A stretch of 63,146 bases of DNA, the filler included, from Octopus bimaculoides (taxonomy: Eukaryota): NCBI RefSeq assembly GCF_001194135.2. It is 6 parts of 5 records of this genome, joined end to end, with 100 filler letters (N's around TTAATTAATTAA, not from the genome) between each part and the next. Parts side by side here need not be neighbours in the genome. Positions count along the whole stretch, not along the records: positions 1 to 19,611 come from NC_068992.1; 5 more parts are not named here. The stretch is one strand, 5' to 3'. The notes under the pieces were generated by a model that worked only from the letters and a program-made list of their open reading frames with translations, was not told the DNA's origin and did not search any database. Of the stretch, positions 1 to 12,689 are shown one piece after another (the first letter of the stretch is position 1; every line of letters begins with the position of its first letter). The position numbers and the translations under genes are program-made.

Positions 1-53
1 ATATATATATATATATAAACGTATATATACAAACATTTATATATACATTTATA

Positions 54-216
54 CAACTGGCACTCCGTTGATTAGCCGACGTGTCTTGCAGCTGATCGGA
101 TCAACGGAACAGCCTGATCGTGGAATTAACTTGCATCTGGCTGAGCACTGCAAAGCCATGCGTTCCCTTAACATAATTCTCAGGGATAGCGGGATATAAA
201 ATGCGACAAGGCTGAC
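54..216 (-). mobile_element. 3' fragment of tRNA-derived SINE family C
   Basis: Reverse complement matches the 3' half of the copy at 37220-37598 (gcaggctgttccgttgatc...cggagtgcca). Confidence 0.7.
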
Positions 217-383
217 TGTCTAACAAACAAGTTTAACTCATTTTTGTCGGTTGATTAGACTAGTGCAACGTAAAGTGAAGTATTTTGCTCAAGAGCCAAC
301 GCATAGTCCGTTTCAGGAACAGAAGCTATCATCTTATGTTCATGTGTCGAACCGCTTATATATTTATGTATGTATGTATATAT

Positions 384-556
384 CTATGAATGTATGTATG
401 TATGTATGTATGTATGTATGTATGTATGTATGTATGTATGTATGTATGTATGTATGCATGTATGTATGTATGTATGTAGGTAGGCAGCTAGGTAGGTAGG
501 TAGGTAGGTAGGTAGGCAGGCAGGAAGGCAGGCAGGCAGTTACGTACGTACGTACG
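384..556. repeat. Compound tetranucleotide microsatellite (TATG)n-(TAGG)n-(CAGG)n-(TACG)n
   Basis: Seen directly in sequence. Confidence 0.95.
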
Positions 557-716
557 AGGGAGTGCTGAAAATTCTTGGTTTTAAGAATATCGCGACAGGC
601 TTTCCGAGTTCATTCACTAGGTTAAAAACCGCTGCAATACGTTTGTGAATCTGAGATGGGAATATGTTCAATAATATCATAATTATCTGTATATTCCTAA
701 CCCCAAACCAGGAACC
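553..716 (+). mobile_element. Mariner-derived MITE remnant
   Basis: TA followed by a mariner-type terminus cgagggagtgctgaaaattcttgg; 630-674 encodes RCNTFVNLRWEYVQ*, resembling the mariner transposase C-terminus (RWxKCxxxxGxYxE*); partial right TIR accaggaac. Confidence 0.55.
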
Positions 717-859
717 CGCTTGTATTTATACATAAAGGTATCTACATTATTCTATCAAAAAGGCTATCCGATGTTCTTAAATATCGCTCGTCACAATGCA
801 CTTCCACGCATTGTTTTAGAGTTCGAACGATACCAACACACTAGCTACGCGAGTAGGCT

Positions 860-1022
860 ACTATCCTCCCTAAACGGAACAGCAGTCCGTCACAGACTTA
901 CCCATTGCAGCTGGAAGGACTGAAGCAACGCGAGATGTTTGTCTTAAGAACATAAGACATCGCTCGCTTCAGGATCGAAACCAGGATCGCGAGTATGACA
1001 CCATAACAACAAGACCACGCGT
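860..1022 (-). mobile_element. Degenerate tRNA-derived SINE head
   Basis: Reverse complement has a B-box-like ggtttcgatcc preceded by a weak A-box-like segment. Confidence 0.4.
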
Positions 1023-1521
1023 TTCATATATATATACACACATATATATATATATATATATATANNNNNNNNNNNNNNNNNNNNNNNNNNNNNNNNNNNN
1101 NNNNNNNNNNNNNNNNNNNNNNNNNNNNNNNNNNNNNNNNNNNNNNNNNNNNNNNNNNNNNNNNNNNNNNNNNNNNNNNNNNNNNNNNNNNNNNNNNNNN
1201 NNNNNNNNNNNNNNNNNNNNNNNNNNNNNNNNNNNNNNNNNNNNNNNNNNNNNNNNNNNNNNNNNNNNNNNNNNNNNNNTTATTAACAAAGATGATCAAT
1301 TTGTTAATTATAAATAATTTTTAATCTCCTAATCTCCATTTTCTTTTCCTCTTTTAACTGGATATAAATTATATGCTTAATATATAACTATAGCTTTAAG
1401 AGAATTTTATTCTTCAACAATACTAGGTATTAAACCAGTATTTTTTGGGATGCAATCATCTCTTTACGAGGTTAATATATTCTCTAATTAAATTTATTGA
1501 TACATACATACATACATACAC

Positions 1522-1583
<62 letters not shown>

Positions 1584-2121
1584 ATGTATGTATGTATGTA
1601 TATATAAAGGAGACCACTAGATGGACTGTTAATATGCTAGAAGAAGATCACATGTAATGTGTCTACTAAAACCGAATTGTTCTCAAAGGAGATTTAGCGA
1701 AGTAACAAAACGTATACAGGCAAGTCAAGTGAAAACTACATAAATATATACAAAGATATCCGCAAACTAGTTTCGAAATTAATACTTTCTCACCGAAAAT
1801 ATCTGTTTCTCATCAGAACGGACTGCTAAATGAATATAATTCTCAGAATCGTATGCTAGTTGTTCCCCACGAATGAAGTACATGCACACGGTTCTGTTAA
1901 TTATATTTATGGTCTTTGATTCTTTTAATGTGCTTGTTCCCTGGTATTAAATTGATATTAATTAATATCCAATTTTTTACCCTACTGTTTTAATTTAATT
2001 AACCATAACCACGTTCTCAAAATTGGTATATTCGATGCAGAAACCATTTTCTGCAGATATATTTCCGGATTTAGCACGCCAAAACGAAGACCTTTGAATC
2101 TTACCATAAATATAATTAACA

Positions 2122-2794
2122 GAACAGTTGGAGGGAGGCAGTCTGGGTCAAATGCTTCTGTTGGCTATCTCCACAAATATACTCGGCCGGTGGTCGGAAA
2201 TAATGTAAAGGATAACTTGTCCGAGAAAATAACATTCTTCCACTGCTCTAGGGACCAATTCTTTGCAACGTTTATTTTTGAAAGTACTGGTTTCTGATTG
2301 CAGCCCTCCCATGAAATCCGGCTTTATGCAGCTCCCGTCGAATAGTTTTTGTGGAAACTGGGTTCTCGAGGTGGCCATTGAAATGTGCAGCAATTTTGGG
2401 AGCTGTACTTTTTTGTGATTCTTTCGAACAATTCGCGTATGAGTTTGACTGTCCCTATCTGAAAATTTTGGTTTTCTTCCGAAGTTTTTTTCGACGAGGA
2501 GGTTATTCCCTCTTTTTCAAAGACTGTCATTACTTTCGAAACGGTACTTCCAGATACACCAGACATTTCGGCTATATTTGTTTTGCTAGCGCCTGCCATG
2601 CGAGCACCAGCAATTTGACCTCTTTGAATTACATTTTTCTGATGATATCTGAAAAAAAAACCGGCAATTTTAGCAAAACATATTAAGCAACACTAATAGT
2701 AAATCAAAGAACAAAAATATACAAGCTTTTGACAGTTTCATAGATAATTCAAAATTATGATGCTAGGTGTTTCCATTATTTTATCCAACGCCTG
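2122..2794 (-). mobile_element. Tc1-like transposon, 5' half (decayed transposase)
   Basis: Frameshifted translation QRGQIAGARMAGASKTNIAEMSGVSGSTVSKV...GRKPK...ELHKAGFHGRAA..KP...NWSLEQWKNVIFSD gives the HTH domains through the first catalytic Asp. One Tc1-type TIR (rc caggcgttggataaaataatggaaacacc) at about 2766-2794; the other end is absent. Confidence 0.85.
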
Positions 2795-2949
2795 GTGATT
2801 ATTTACTTGTGAGTAAATCTATTTACATCTTAACCATAAAATACAAATTACTGACTTGTTGCAAGTATTCAGAAAGTCTTATAACTGTATTCGTGAATGT
2901 GATTCTATCGATTTATATAACCCTTTCTACTATAGAAAGGGTTATATAA

Positions 2950-3097
2950 GTCAGTAACTGGTACTTGATTTATCAACTCCGAAAGAGTGAAAGGCAAAGT
3001 CGACCCCAGCGGCATTTGAACTCAGAAAGTAATGACAGAGGAAATGTCGTTGAGCATTTCGCCCGGCGTGCTAAAGATTCTGCCAGCTCACCGCCTT
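2950..3097 (-). mobile_element. SINE family B (tRNA head plus conserved central gtcgactttgcctttcatcc...gataaaataagtaccag domain)
   Basis: Reverse complement ggcggtgagctggcagaatc...gagttcaaatgccgctggggtcgactttgcc matches the many other copies in the window. Confidence 0.8.
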
Positions 3098-6000
3098 ATA
3101 ATGACTTGTATAACATGACTTATATAAGATGAGAAACCTTTTGAAATAAGCTAATTTCCACAGATATCGTCAATGTTTCCTTAGTTATAGTTTCTAGATA
3201 TAGTTTTACTCTGAATAGAAGTTGCGCAACTAGAGAAAATGGAATGAAAATGTAACTTGTATGTAGACAACTAAACAAGATACACCAGATATATTATTAA
3301 GTTTACTGTTGTCATCTAATCCATTAAGACAGTAAATTTACTCTCGAAAATTTAACTTTATGTAAGATGTCGCTAATTAAATATCGAACAAAATATATTG
3401 TGTTCCAGTGTATTTTCGTGCATTTTACTCTTGTTTTGTATTACGTAGACTAATTTAGTCTTTTCTATAATCTAGTGAAGCTTAGCCTACTTATGTTTAG
3501 AAGTTTAGTCACGTTTGGTATATCATATATATTGTAATGTATTCTCTATTTTATCAATTCGGTTGTATGACGGATTAGAAGAATTGTTAGTTTTCCATTG
3601 TATTTTCATTTTCACTCCTGCCGAAGTCAGATTTGCCTTTCATTCCTTTGAAATTCATAAAATTATGAAGTATTCTACTACTGGAGCCGATGATGCCGAC
3701 TAACCTACTGCAAATTACCGGCCTCATCAAATTTGAAATCTTTAATTCAATTCTGTATTGTCCTTCAAACGGGTCCATTCTTGAACAGTTCCAGTATACA
3801 GAGTTGTTTTTTTTTTTGCGTTTTTTTGTTATTTGAGAAGAAGTTGCTAAGTCTCTTTCTTAAATTTTCGCAATTTCCGAAGTAAGATAGATAATTTGTA
3901 TGTGTAGTCTCCCACATTTATTGCTACAGTGCAACACAACTGATTTCCAGAGAAAGAGAGGGAGACAAAAGTAGTGGAATCAACCCGACTTTTACTTTAT
4001 TTCTCGATGGAAGGAAGGAGTTTGAAGTGCCATGTCAGAAAGCCAGAGCAAATACTGTGCGACAACCCAGCCGATGCTCTGAAGGCTTTTAATTCGTTGC
4101 ATTAAGGTAACTATATACTAGTTTAAAACTTTTGGGCCCTGACCCCTTGACAGAGTCTGAGAGTCGTAGTCGTGATATATGACATGTTTGGCATTTTTTA
4201 GATCTGGCAAGCCCTATCTTTCTCTAATGGTAATTGCAGCCAATATCTTTCGGAGAAAGTAAAACAACGTAAAAAGACAAAACGACTTCATTACAGGTAT
4301 TTTATCTATCGGAGACCAGACGATGAACTACAACGCTTGTTTCAGCAAGATTTGAACTCAGATCAAACGGCACAAAACGCTGGCACGACTACTTCAAAGT
4401 AAATCTATCACACGATGGCCATTTGACCGACTTATGTCTACTCTATGTTTAAATCTTAAAACAACTAAGTAGGGAGGCGCCTGCTCATTGGAGACAAATT
4501 ATGAATGACGTTAAATGTAGACGATCTTTTGTATGATGTAAATAATGAATATGTCATTTATCCTTACGTAGAGTCTTTTGTGATAATTTATGACATATAT
4601 TCGGAACTTACTTCCTATTTGGTGTGTCAACGTATTATTGATTTAGAGATGATTGCTGTCTCAGGAATTTTTTTAAGCGCAAAAGAAAATACTATAACAC
4701 ATTATTTTATGAGCAGAGTAAATTGATGATTTGAAATGAATGAAACTCGATGTAACGTTGCCACTACAATGATTTCCATAACCTAGAGCAAATTAATTTA
4801 CCCCTGGCAAGAATGGATTATATCTAATGAGAAACACGTCAGAATTTTTAACTAATCCGTTTGGAGAACTTCCTGTGACATATATATGTATATACGCACT
4901 TCAATTATCTCAGATCATTTGTGTACTGAAAAACAAACAGATGCCATATATTAATGCGTTGAAATAATGATGTCAAAGACAATGAAATATTGCTTTTGAA
5001 TTGTGCATATAAATCAAATACGAACTTAAATGTAATTAACGAGTTCATTTAAAGATGTAAATTCATAAATAGGACAAACCGTTGCAGTGTGACAGCAAAT
5101 ACTAGAGTTATATACTAACTAAGAGATATAGGATGCTGTATTTTGTTTATAATTTCACTCATCAATTATTAAAAACGAAACGATAAAATTAGATTCTAAT
5201 CATGACATCATTTAGTGAGTGCTAGCAGGTGGGGAATACAGAACATCGTGTCAGGGACGGTAAACCTGTCTTTCGGTAGATTTTGGACGTTGATTTTAAA
5301 TATGCTATCGGTGTTTCTGTATCGTCTCTGGTTGTCGGCATATGTTGTACCACTAACTGCTACGCATAAAATCGATTGAGTAAAAGGACTGATTGTAAAA
5401 ATCCTTATAGTTGCCTTTCAGATAAAACAAACAAAAAGTGGCTCCATACGAGAAGGATACAGATATATATGATTAAATTACGTCCGTAAAAACAAATAAT
5501 AGTTGAAACAAGCGTAGAAAGTTGATACATAGTCTGGTGTATTCCTAAAGAAAACTAATGGAGTGAAAATTAGTGGAGTGAAATTGGTGGAGTGAAACGG
5601 TACAACTATGTCACATTTGCTGTATCTATAATTCCAGTTTTGGCACACTACCTCATGCATATTCTATCTAGCAAGATTTTCTTTGGCCCATATATATGAA
5701 ATTCAATATATAAACAATAATAAACCATAAAATAATTTATTTTTTATAATAAAACAAAAGTAACAGTAAAATGGAAAATCCCGTTTATTCTTGTATACTT
5801 CCACTTAATATTTCAAAATTTTCACCTACTAAATTTAATTGTAAAATCTTTGATAAGATCCTTTGATTGAGACCATAGATACTTCGAAATTATGTTTCCG
5901 ATTATATAAACCAACTAGCATGTTATTTTAGCGAGTTCAACGTGATTTTTCTTTTCTCCGTAAACCATGCACTATTTCTGTGGTGCTACAGTTCCTTTGA

Positions 6001-6594
6001 TGCATTAAGCACGTGATTATTTCCTTTAATGATAAACCCAGCACTGCTGTATAGGAATTATGTTAATTGTTCACGTGCAAGGAAAATAATCAGTCACTGG
6101 CATGTTAAGAACAATGAGTAGGTAATTCAAGTTTTTGCCCGAACAAGTACTCATCGCCGAAAACGACTGAAATCCATTTACTTTTACTGGGTTGTAAAGA
6201 CGGTTTAAAATGATAGAGATGAGTTAGGCCTGAAACATAGATAAATAAAATATATGGTATCACATAGTTTGCAGAATATAGTGGAGAGTTTCCATCACAA
6301 AAATGTATAGCTAGTGATGCTATTATAAAACAAAAAATATGTATACTGTAATGTTTGACCACAAAGATAGCTGCAAAGCAACGTGTAATTTACTATCTCA
6401 TTGCCTCGATATCGAATCCACTTAAATCATAATCAATATCGTATTTCTGAAGCTAGATAAATGATTCTTGTTTCACTGACTCAGGAATCACTATGCTATA
6501 CTATCATAGGACGATGTTGTAAAATCCGGGAGGAAATAATAATGGTTTGCACTGGCAAGTATTTTACACACACACACACACACANNNNNNNNNN

Positions 6595-6629
<35 letters not shown>

Positions 6630-7288
6630 TTAACATCTGTAAAATAAAATTATTTTGCCGCAAGTAAGACGAAAGAAGAGACGTTGTTTAAAGTTCCTGG
6701 CAGATTATTGTATACTAGTTAGGGCTTGAAAAGGTTTTAAGTAAAAGTTTAGTTGTTCAGATCTCCAATGAAAGGTGTAATGTAAGAAGCAAAATAAGTT
6801 CTACCTTGTAAATATGCAAGATGTTCTTTTGTTTTGCCTGATATATGTTGAAACGCAGATAACATCTTTAGAAACAAGCAATACATGCGAACAAGTTTTT
6901 ATCATTGTATTCAAGCGTTTCCAAAACTGTCAGTACTTTGGACCCCATATGTATATGAATTTTCCTACGGATTCCAGTGTTTTGAAAGGTCTGTCTACAC
7001 ATAATTTCACAAAATGCTTAGTGACATTTCGTCCGTCTCTAAGCTCTGAGTTCAAATGCTGCCGAGTTTGGTTTTGCTTTTCACCCTCACGGAATCCATT
7101 TAATATGTACCAGTTTCACACCGGGTTCCATGTAATCTACTATTCATCTGTTCCAAAACGTCACGCCTTGTACCTATAATAGAATGTTTATATCATTGTC
7201 GCCGTTTTATTTCTGTGCAGTACTTTATTCAGTTTTCAGCTCTGATTTGTACCGATCATATGATCACTAGTGTCAAAACAGTTGTCAC

Positions 7289-7575
7289 CAGTGGCGGACT
7301 GGCCATGTTCCCAGCTTGCCCGATGGCAAGTGGGCCCCTGCACCATTAGAATCCATATATGGGGGCCCATGTTAGTATCTAAGTGGCTCATCCCCTCAAG
7401 TTTGAGAATTGTTTATTCACTCCTGGAAGAATGCATTAATTATTTCAGCCTGGCTGTGTTTGTTGACAGTTGAAATGAAGACTTTAACAAAGAAAGCAAA
7501 ATGATAGCATTGTAGTTGCGGGTAGGACCTCTTAATCTCCTGGCAACTATTATCTATAGACGCAGTCTGCCACTG
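7289..7575. mobile_element. hAT-type MITE (287 bp)
   Basis: TIRs cagtggcggactg / cagtctgccactg (1 mismatch) with a perfect 8-bp TSD gttgtcac at 7281-7288 and 7576-7583. Confidence 0.9.
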
Positions 7576-7830
7576 GTTGTCACCTCGTCTTTCCTCTGAT
7601 ATTTATAGGAGTGTATTATCGAACGTGCTTTATAATTTAAGACAATACAGTGTAATTTGGCTGATGTTTGTTGCAGATGAACTAATAACAACAAGACGGT
7701 ACAGTTAGATGACCATTAGTTGGAAGCGTTTCGGTGTTGCGTTTGTACTTCGCGTTGATTAATTGAGAGGAACCACAATTATGGAATGAATTCAAGTCGA
7801 GAGAGCATGGTTGTTTACGTCTAAAATAGG

Positions 7831-7956
7831 CGCGGGTCTGGCTGTGTGGTAAAAAGCTTGCGGGCTCAGTCCCACTAAGCGTTTTCTACTTTAGCCACGG
7901 GCGGAACAAAGCCTTATGGGTGGATTTGGTAGACGGAAACGTAAAGATGCCCGTCC

Positions 7957-8039
<83 letters not shown>

Positions 8040-8330
8040 GTATGTATGTATGTGTGTGTATGTATGTATGTATATATGTATATATGTATATATGTATGTA
8101 TGCGTGTGTGTCTCTGTGTGTCTTTGTGTCTGTGTTTGTCCACCACACTACTTGGTAACCGGTGCTGGTGTGCTTACATCCTCGAAACTTAACGGTTCTG
8201 CAAAGAGAAACTAATAAAATAAGTACCAGTTTTAACAGAAAGTAAGTCCTGGGGTCGATTAATTCGACTAAAATTCCTGAATGTGGTGCCCCAGCATGAC
8301 CGCAATCTAATGACAAAAACCAGAAAAAGG
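7831..8330 (+). mobile_element. SINE family A (tRNA-derived, internal CA/TA microsatellite)
   Basis: tggctgtgtggtaa head, gccttatgggtggatttggtagacggaaac, internal (CA)n, 3' gtcctggggtcgat...ccagcatgaccgca; homologous to 44319-44740. Confidence 0.85.
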
Positions 8331-8919
8331 TAGAAGATAAAAGATCACGTCATATCGCATTATTCAATGCGCTAATTTCAGTGAGATTTGACTGTTGTTT
8401 TTGCAAGAAGAGCGGAATTATAGAGGCTGCGTCGACGGCCAGTGGGATACTTTATTAGTTTATAAAGCTGAAATGAAGTAGATGTTGGAAAAATAAGATA
8501 AAATAAAATATAATTCATGATTTCGTTCAGATTCTTCCGTTTGTCTAAGTTACTTTAACTACATATGCGCTGAATCTACAGATTTCGTATTTGTTGATAG
8601 CTTCATCTTTGCGGTGCAATGTTCGTTCATGCAATGAAACTCTAGCTTTCACGTTAGTTTCATAACATCTATCCGCTGGATGTTTAACCATGCATGTATA
8701 TTTCGTACGGAAGGAATCAGAAACATTCACAGAAGCTGCACGTTTGATTAAATACCGTTTTTCATGAAGGGTACACCTGAAGAACAGTGATTCTTTTGCG
8801 GGTTGGCATATTATGTAAAGTTAGAAAAGAAAACTTCATAAACAGTAATAGAGATTTCCAATTTTGCATCTGATATCTTAGCAGTTAATTTTAAGGTTTA
8901 GAAATGCATTAATGAATAT

Positions 8920-9010
8920 AATATAATATAATATGATATAATATATAATATGACATAATATAAAATATGACATACTATATAATATAATATAACACAGTAT
9001 CATATAATAT
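8920..9010. repeat. ATATA-type pentanucleotide low-complexity tract
   Basis: Repeated aatat/atgat/atgac units. Confidence 0.8.
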
Positions 9011-9124
9011 ATCAGGAAACAATATGAATTAAATGATAACAAGGGCACTCAGAGAGCGCAAGCCTCCGCCAAGGCAACACCAACGGGATACAACTGCTAA
9101 TAATAATAATGATAAATAATGATT

Positions 9125-9345
9125 TTTAATTTTGGAACAGGGCCAGCAATTTTCGAGGGAAGGAGTTAGTCAATATCATCGATCTCAGTACGTGACTGAT
9201 ATTTTATTCTGCTGACAAAAGTTGGAAAAAACGCAATGTTAACCTTAGTGAGATTTGAACTCTGACTGCAAAGGATCGCAAAAATATATCTCAAAACATC
9301 TTTTCTGACGCTGTAACAAATGTTTCCGTTCACCGTCTTAATACA
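9125..9345 (-). mobile_element. Degenerate SINE family B nested in the HINE-like element
   Basis: rc of gagatttgaactctga (B box) and gatcgatctcagtacgtgactgat central segment; lies after an AAT run. Confidence 0.6.
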
Positions 9346-9488
9346 GCACCAACATCCTCTCAATGATTAGCCGGAGATGATTTTTAAAATGAGAATACTA
9401 AAAAGGAAACCGACCGCTTTCAAAAATTAAGTTAAAAAACCAGTAAAATAATCCAGAATCCTTGTCCCGATCCCAAAATCTAATCAGT

Positions 9489-11193
9489 ACCTTGCTATTT
9501 GTGATTTGCTGATTGCTTGAAATTTTTGTGCTGCTTTGCAGTGGTTTTTGACGGTAGTGCTTTTTCTCCGCGTTAAGGAGAATTAGCTAGGCTACATGGC
9601 CAATTTTTTTTTTTTTTTTCAGACCTGAGTGGGTCAGATTTGTCAACCTCGGAGTATGAGCTTGCAAAGGTGGTCTACAAAATGGATAAAGTACTAGAGG
9701 AGAAAAAGAGCTTTGCGAAAGTGACAGAAGTTAAAACCTGTGAAGTAGACCTAACGAAAATGATAGATTATCAGAAAATGGCAACGAAAGTGGGTGGAGA
9801 AGTAAAGCTGTCGCCTCCACAGATAATAAAGGAAAAGATGGAAAGGAAAACGATTGAGTATCAAGTAATTGTGACAGAAAAAAATAAAGTAGAACTGATG
9901 GAAATTGAAACATTTGAAAAGCCGTTGAGAACAGTAACGAAAGATGTAATATTCCTTGCACGAGGCAACAAATTGGGAACGATAGTGGCACAATTCAAGT
10001 CAGAAGAGATAGCAAGGAAGATGGCCATAAAGACGGTGAATACGGATAAAGTAGTCCTTCTACCCATGTATCTTGGAAGATGGACATCCAGGGTCAGGGT
10101 AGAAGGAATACCGCCTGATATGGAAGCGGCTTGAGTGGCGGCGGCTGTCCTCCTCGGAAATGAGGAAAGGGTGTCTGTTCTCCAAGCCACGTCAACTGTA
10201 GACGGGACATGGAAGGAGAAATCATTGGAGATGAGCATTCAAGCTGAGACAGAAACAATAGAGGGATTGGCAGGGACGATAAGGATAGGCGACATAAGTC
10301 TGAGAATGTGGGTGGAGGGCAGAATCCCTCGCTGCTATAAATGTGGCCTGAATGGCCACATAAGAGCGAGTTGCCCTCCACCAATCAAAGAAACTGAAGA
10401 ACGGCGTCCACGGGAGTTACCACAAGAGAAACAACAGGAAAGAACAGAGAATGAGGAGACAATTCCAGCGGAAAAAGAAAATGAAGGAAAAGAGTGGAAA
10501 ACAAGAAAAGTTCGAAAAGAAAAACGAAGAACGTAACCCTCTCACATGCAGAACCCTAACCCACCCAATGCCCATTCACATCCTCTTCGTCCCATCCTCT
10601 CTCTGCAAACACTATACCTACCCATTCCCCATCAACACGTTAACAAAAAAGGACACCACACACAATGTTTTAGAAACTTCCCCTCTCACTGACTGCTATG
10701 CATGTATTGTTTATGTTGAGGCAGAGGAAGAACTACATAAGATAGTGGAGAAATGGGAGGGTACAGTCTATGTTGACGTTAACGACGACGAGTATGGTGA
10801 AATTACAATTATGTTGATAAAAGAAAAACATTTAACCAACATTTTTTAAATTAATGATTTTGAGGTATAGAAGGTGAATTATAACATGGACAAGTTGCCG
10901 AAAGAGATAAGATTTGAAGAACTAAAAACACGTTATGGTATGGATATTATGGAGAACAGGCGAAAAAAGGCTCGTAAGTGATGTTAGTTGATGGGGCAGG
11001 TAACATCACTTCCATTTCTCATTTTTCATTCTTTCATATTACCATTCATTTTTTTAGTTTTTCTTCTTTCATCTTTTTTTTTTTTGTATTTTTAGTTCCC
11101 CGAGTTTGTGTTTGTCGCGTTTGTATTGTCTTTATGTGTTGTAATGGTCGAGGAAGATTCTTTGCATCGCCTTTTATAGGCAATTAAAAAAAT
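9489..11193 (+). mobile_element. Non-autonomous LINE (Tx1/L1-like) containing only ORF1
   Basis: 21-bp TSD cgatcccaaaatc(t/c)aatcagt at 9468-9488 and 11194-11214; A-rich 3' end gccttttataggcaattaaaaaaa; gag-like ORF inside; no endonuclease or RT motifs. Confidence 0.8.
9619..10536 (+). pseudogene. Gag-like ORF1 with CCHC zinc knuckle, interrupted by one in-frame TGA
   Basis: ORFs 9640-10134 and 10135-10536 share a frame separated by TGA 10132-10134; PRCYKCGLNGHIRASC is C-X2-C-X4-H-X4-C, followed by a K/E-rich tail typical of LINE ORF1p. Confidence 0.85.
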
Positions 11194-11644
11194 CGATCCC
11201 AAAATCCAATCAGTTGGTGCGAGTCACGAGACCAATCATCCAGCGGTTCTTGAGATATCTTGTCCACAGACAAACGAACAAACACGACTGAACACAATGA
11301 CTCAGCCTTCGCTAAGGCGGAAGTAACGATAATGAGACAGTGAAGAGATTATATAACTAACGGCTTGATAATTAAACAAATGCTTACTAGAAATTACCCA
11401 TGGATAATTTAACTTTGAAATCGTTCAGAAGATTAAAGTGGCATGCGTTGTGAATTCACTACATATTCAATAAGCGGTATCCTAAATGTAAGTATTATGT
11501 AACTAATTGTAAATAGTATGTAACTAATTGTAAAAATTTATGTGATTTATGAAAAGCTCATTGCTGAGTACTTTGCTAAGAGTGTCAAGACAGGAGCCCA
11601 TTAAGAAGCTCGTATTTATTTTTAAATCCTTTTTGTCTTTTCTA

Positions 11645-11829
11645 TTTGTTTCAGTCAGTGAACTGTGGCCATGCTGGAACATCGCTTTGAAGTGTTTAGT
11701 CGAACAAGATCCACCACCCGAAACGTTAAATTGCGGGGAAGTAAACAAACCAACATTGGTTACCAAGTAGTGGTTGGGAGACAAGCACAGAGAAAACACA
11801 CAGGTACACACACACAAACACACACAAAC

Positions 11830-11860
<31 letters not shown>

Positions 11861-11861
11861 A

Positions 11862-11912
<51 letters not shown>

Positions 11913-11930
11913 CACACACACACACACCTG
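11645..11930 (-). mobile_element. SINE family A 3' fragment with (CA)n tract
   Basis: tttgtttcagtcagtgaactgtggccatgctggaacatcgc is the rc of the family A tail. Confidence 0.7.
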
Positions 11931-12689
11931 CGCCTATTGAGGAAATCATAATTAGTATTTGCACTCATTCAACCTGATTATGTGCTGCAAATTTTGGTTT
12001 ACAGAAATAAGGTGTGAAGTGGTAATTAATAAATATATTGGGTTTTATATATTGTAGCAGGTCTTGTCTATATATATACCGCTAAGAAATATTTCGTCTG
12101 TCTTTTTATTGAATACTACGGCGTGTTAACCTTTGTGCCAGCTCACCGCCTTCTTTTTAATATATATACTGTAGCAGGTCTTGTTTACATATTTTAATAT
12201 ATATAATGTAGCAGGTATTGTTTATATATTTTAATACATGCTGAGAAATAGTAAACATGAACTAGGCAAATAAAACCGGACTAATATCGCAAAAGGAATA
12301 AAATGAAGAGACACTGAACTCATTATAGGTTTACTTGATCGGAGAGGGCTGTCTATCAATGGAACGAAATCTACGTTGGGTTGCTAGACCTGCAGAAAAT
12401 AGCAATCAAACATTAGACAAATAAAATCTTGGCGATTTAAGAAAACAAGAGTATATAGCCCAATGTCTGGTTACAGGTGAGGTTGTTCAAAGATGAAGGA
12501 AATGCTCATGGTCTTAGGAACTCCAACACGTATGCAAACGCCGAAACAATACCAGTAACAACAACTACTATAACAAACAAAAAAATGCAATAATAACACA
12601 AACAACAGACTCAAAGAAACTCCGTGTTTCCGTTATGCAATATCAACTTTATTCAATTCTTAATTCCAAGTTATTGCTCGTTTAATGCT

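Larger units (their letters stand above)
9038..11326. mobile_element. Helentron-type non-autonomous element (HINE/DINE-1-like) hosting two nested insertions
   Basis: Left end aacaagggcactcagagagcgcaagcctccgccaagg; right end gccttcgctaaggcggaagtaa with a short hairpin; subterminal inverted motif cctccgcc / ggcggaag; internal gatcc and acaaac motifs. Family assignment is from recalled HINE architecture, not a search. Confidence 0.55.

Noticed and set aside
5545-5600. Three ggagtgaaa repeats at 14-15 bp spacing
   Set aside because: Too short to assign; probably a degenerate minisatellite or transposon subterminal relic.
6105-6362. Minus ORF starting with a signal-peptide-like hydrophobic stretch (VKHYSIHIFCFIIASLAIHFCDG)
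   Set aside because: Starts at GTG rather than ATG, is T-rich, has no convincing splice donor and no recognisable family.
8545-8730. Possible GIY-YIG endonuclease remnant
   Set aside because: Similarity is too weak; the GIY and YIG motifs are absent.
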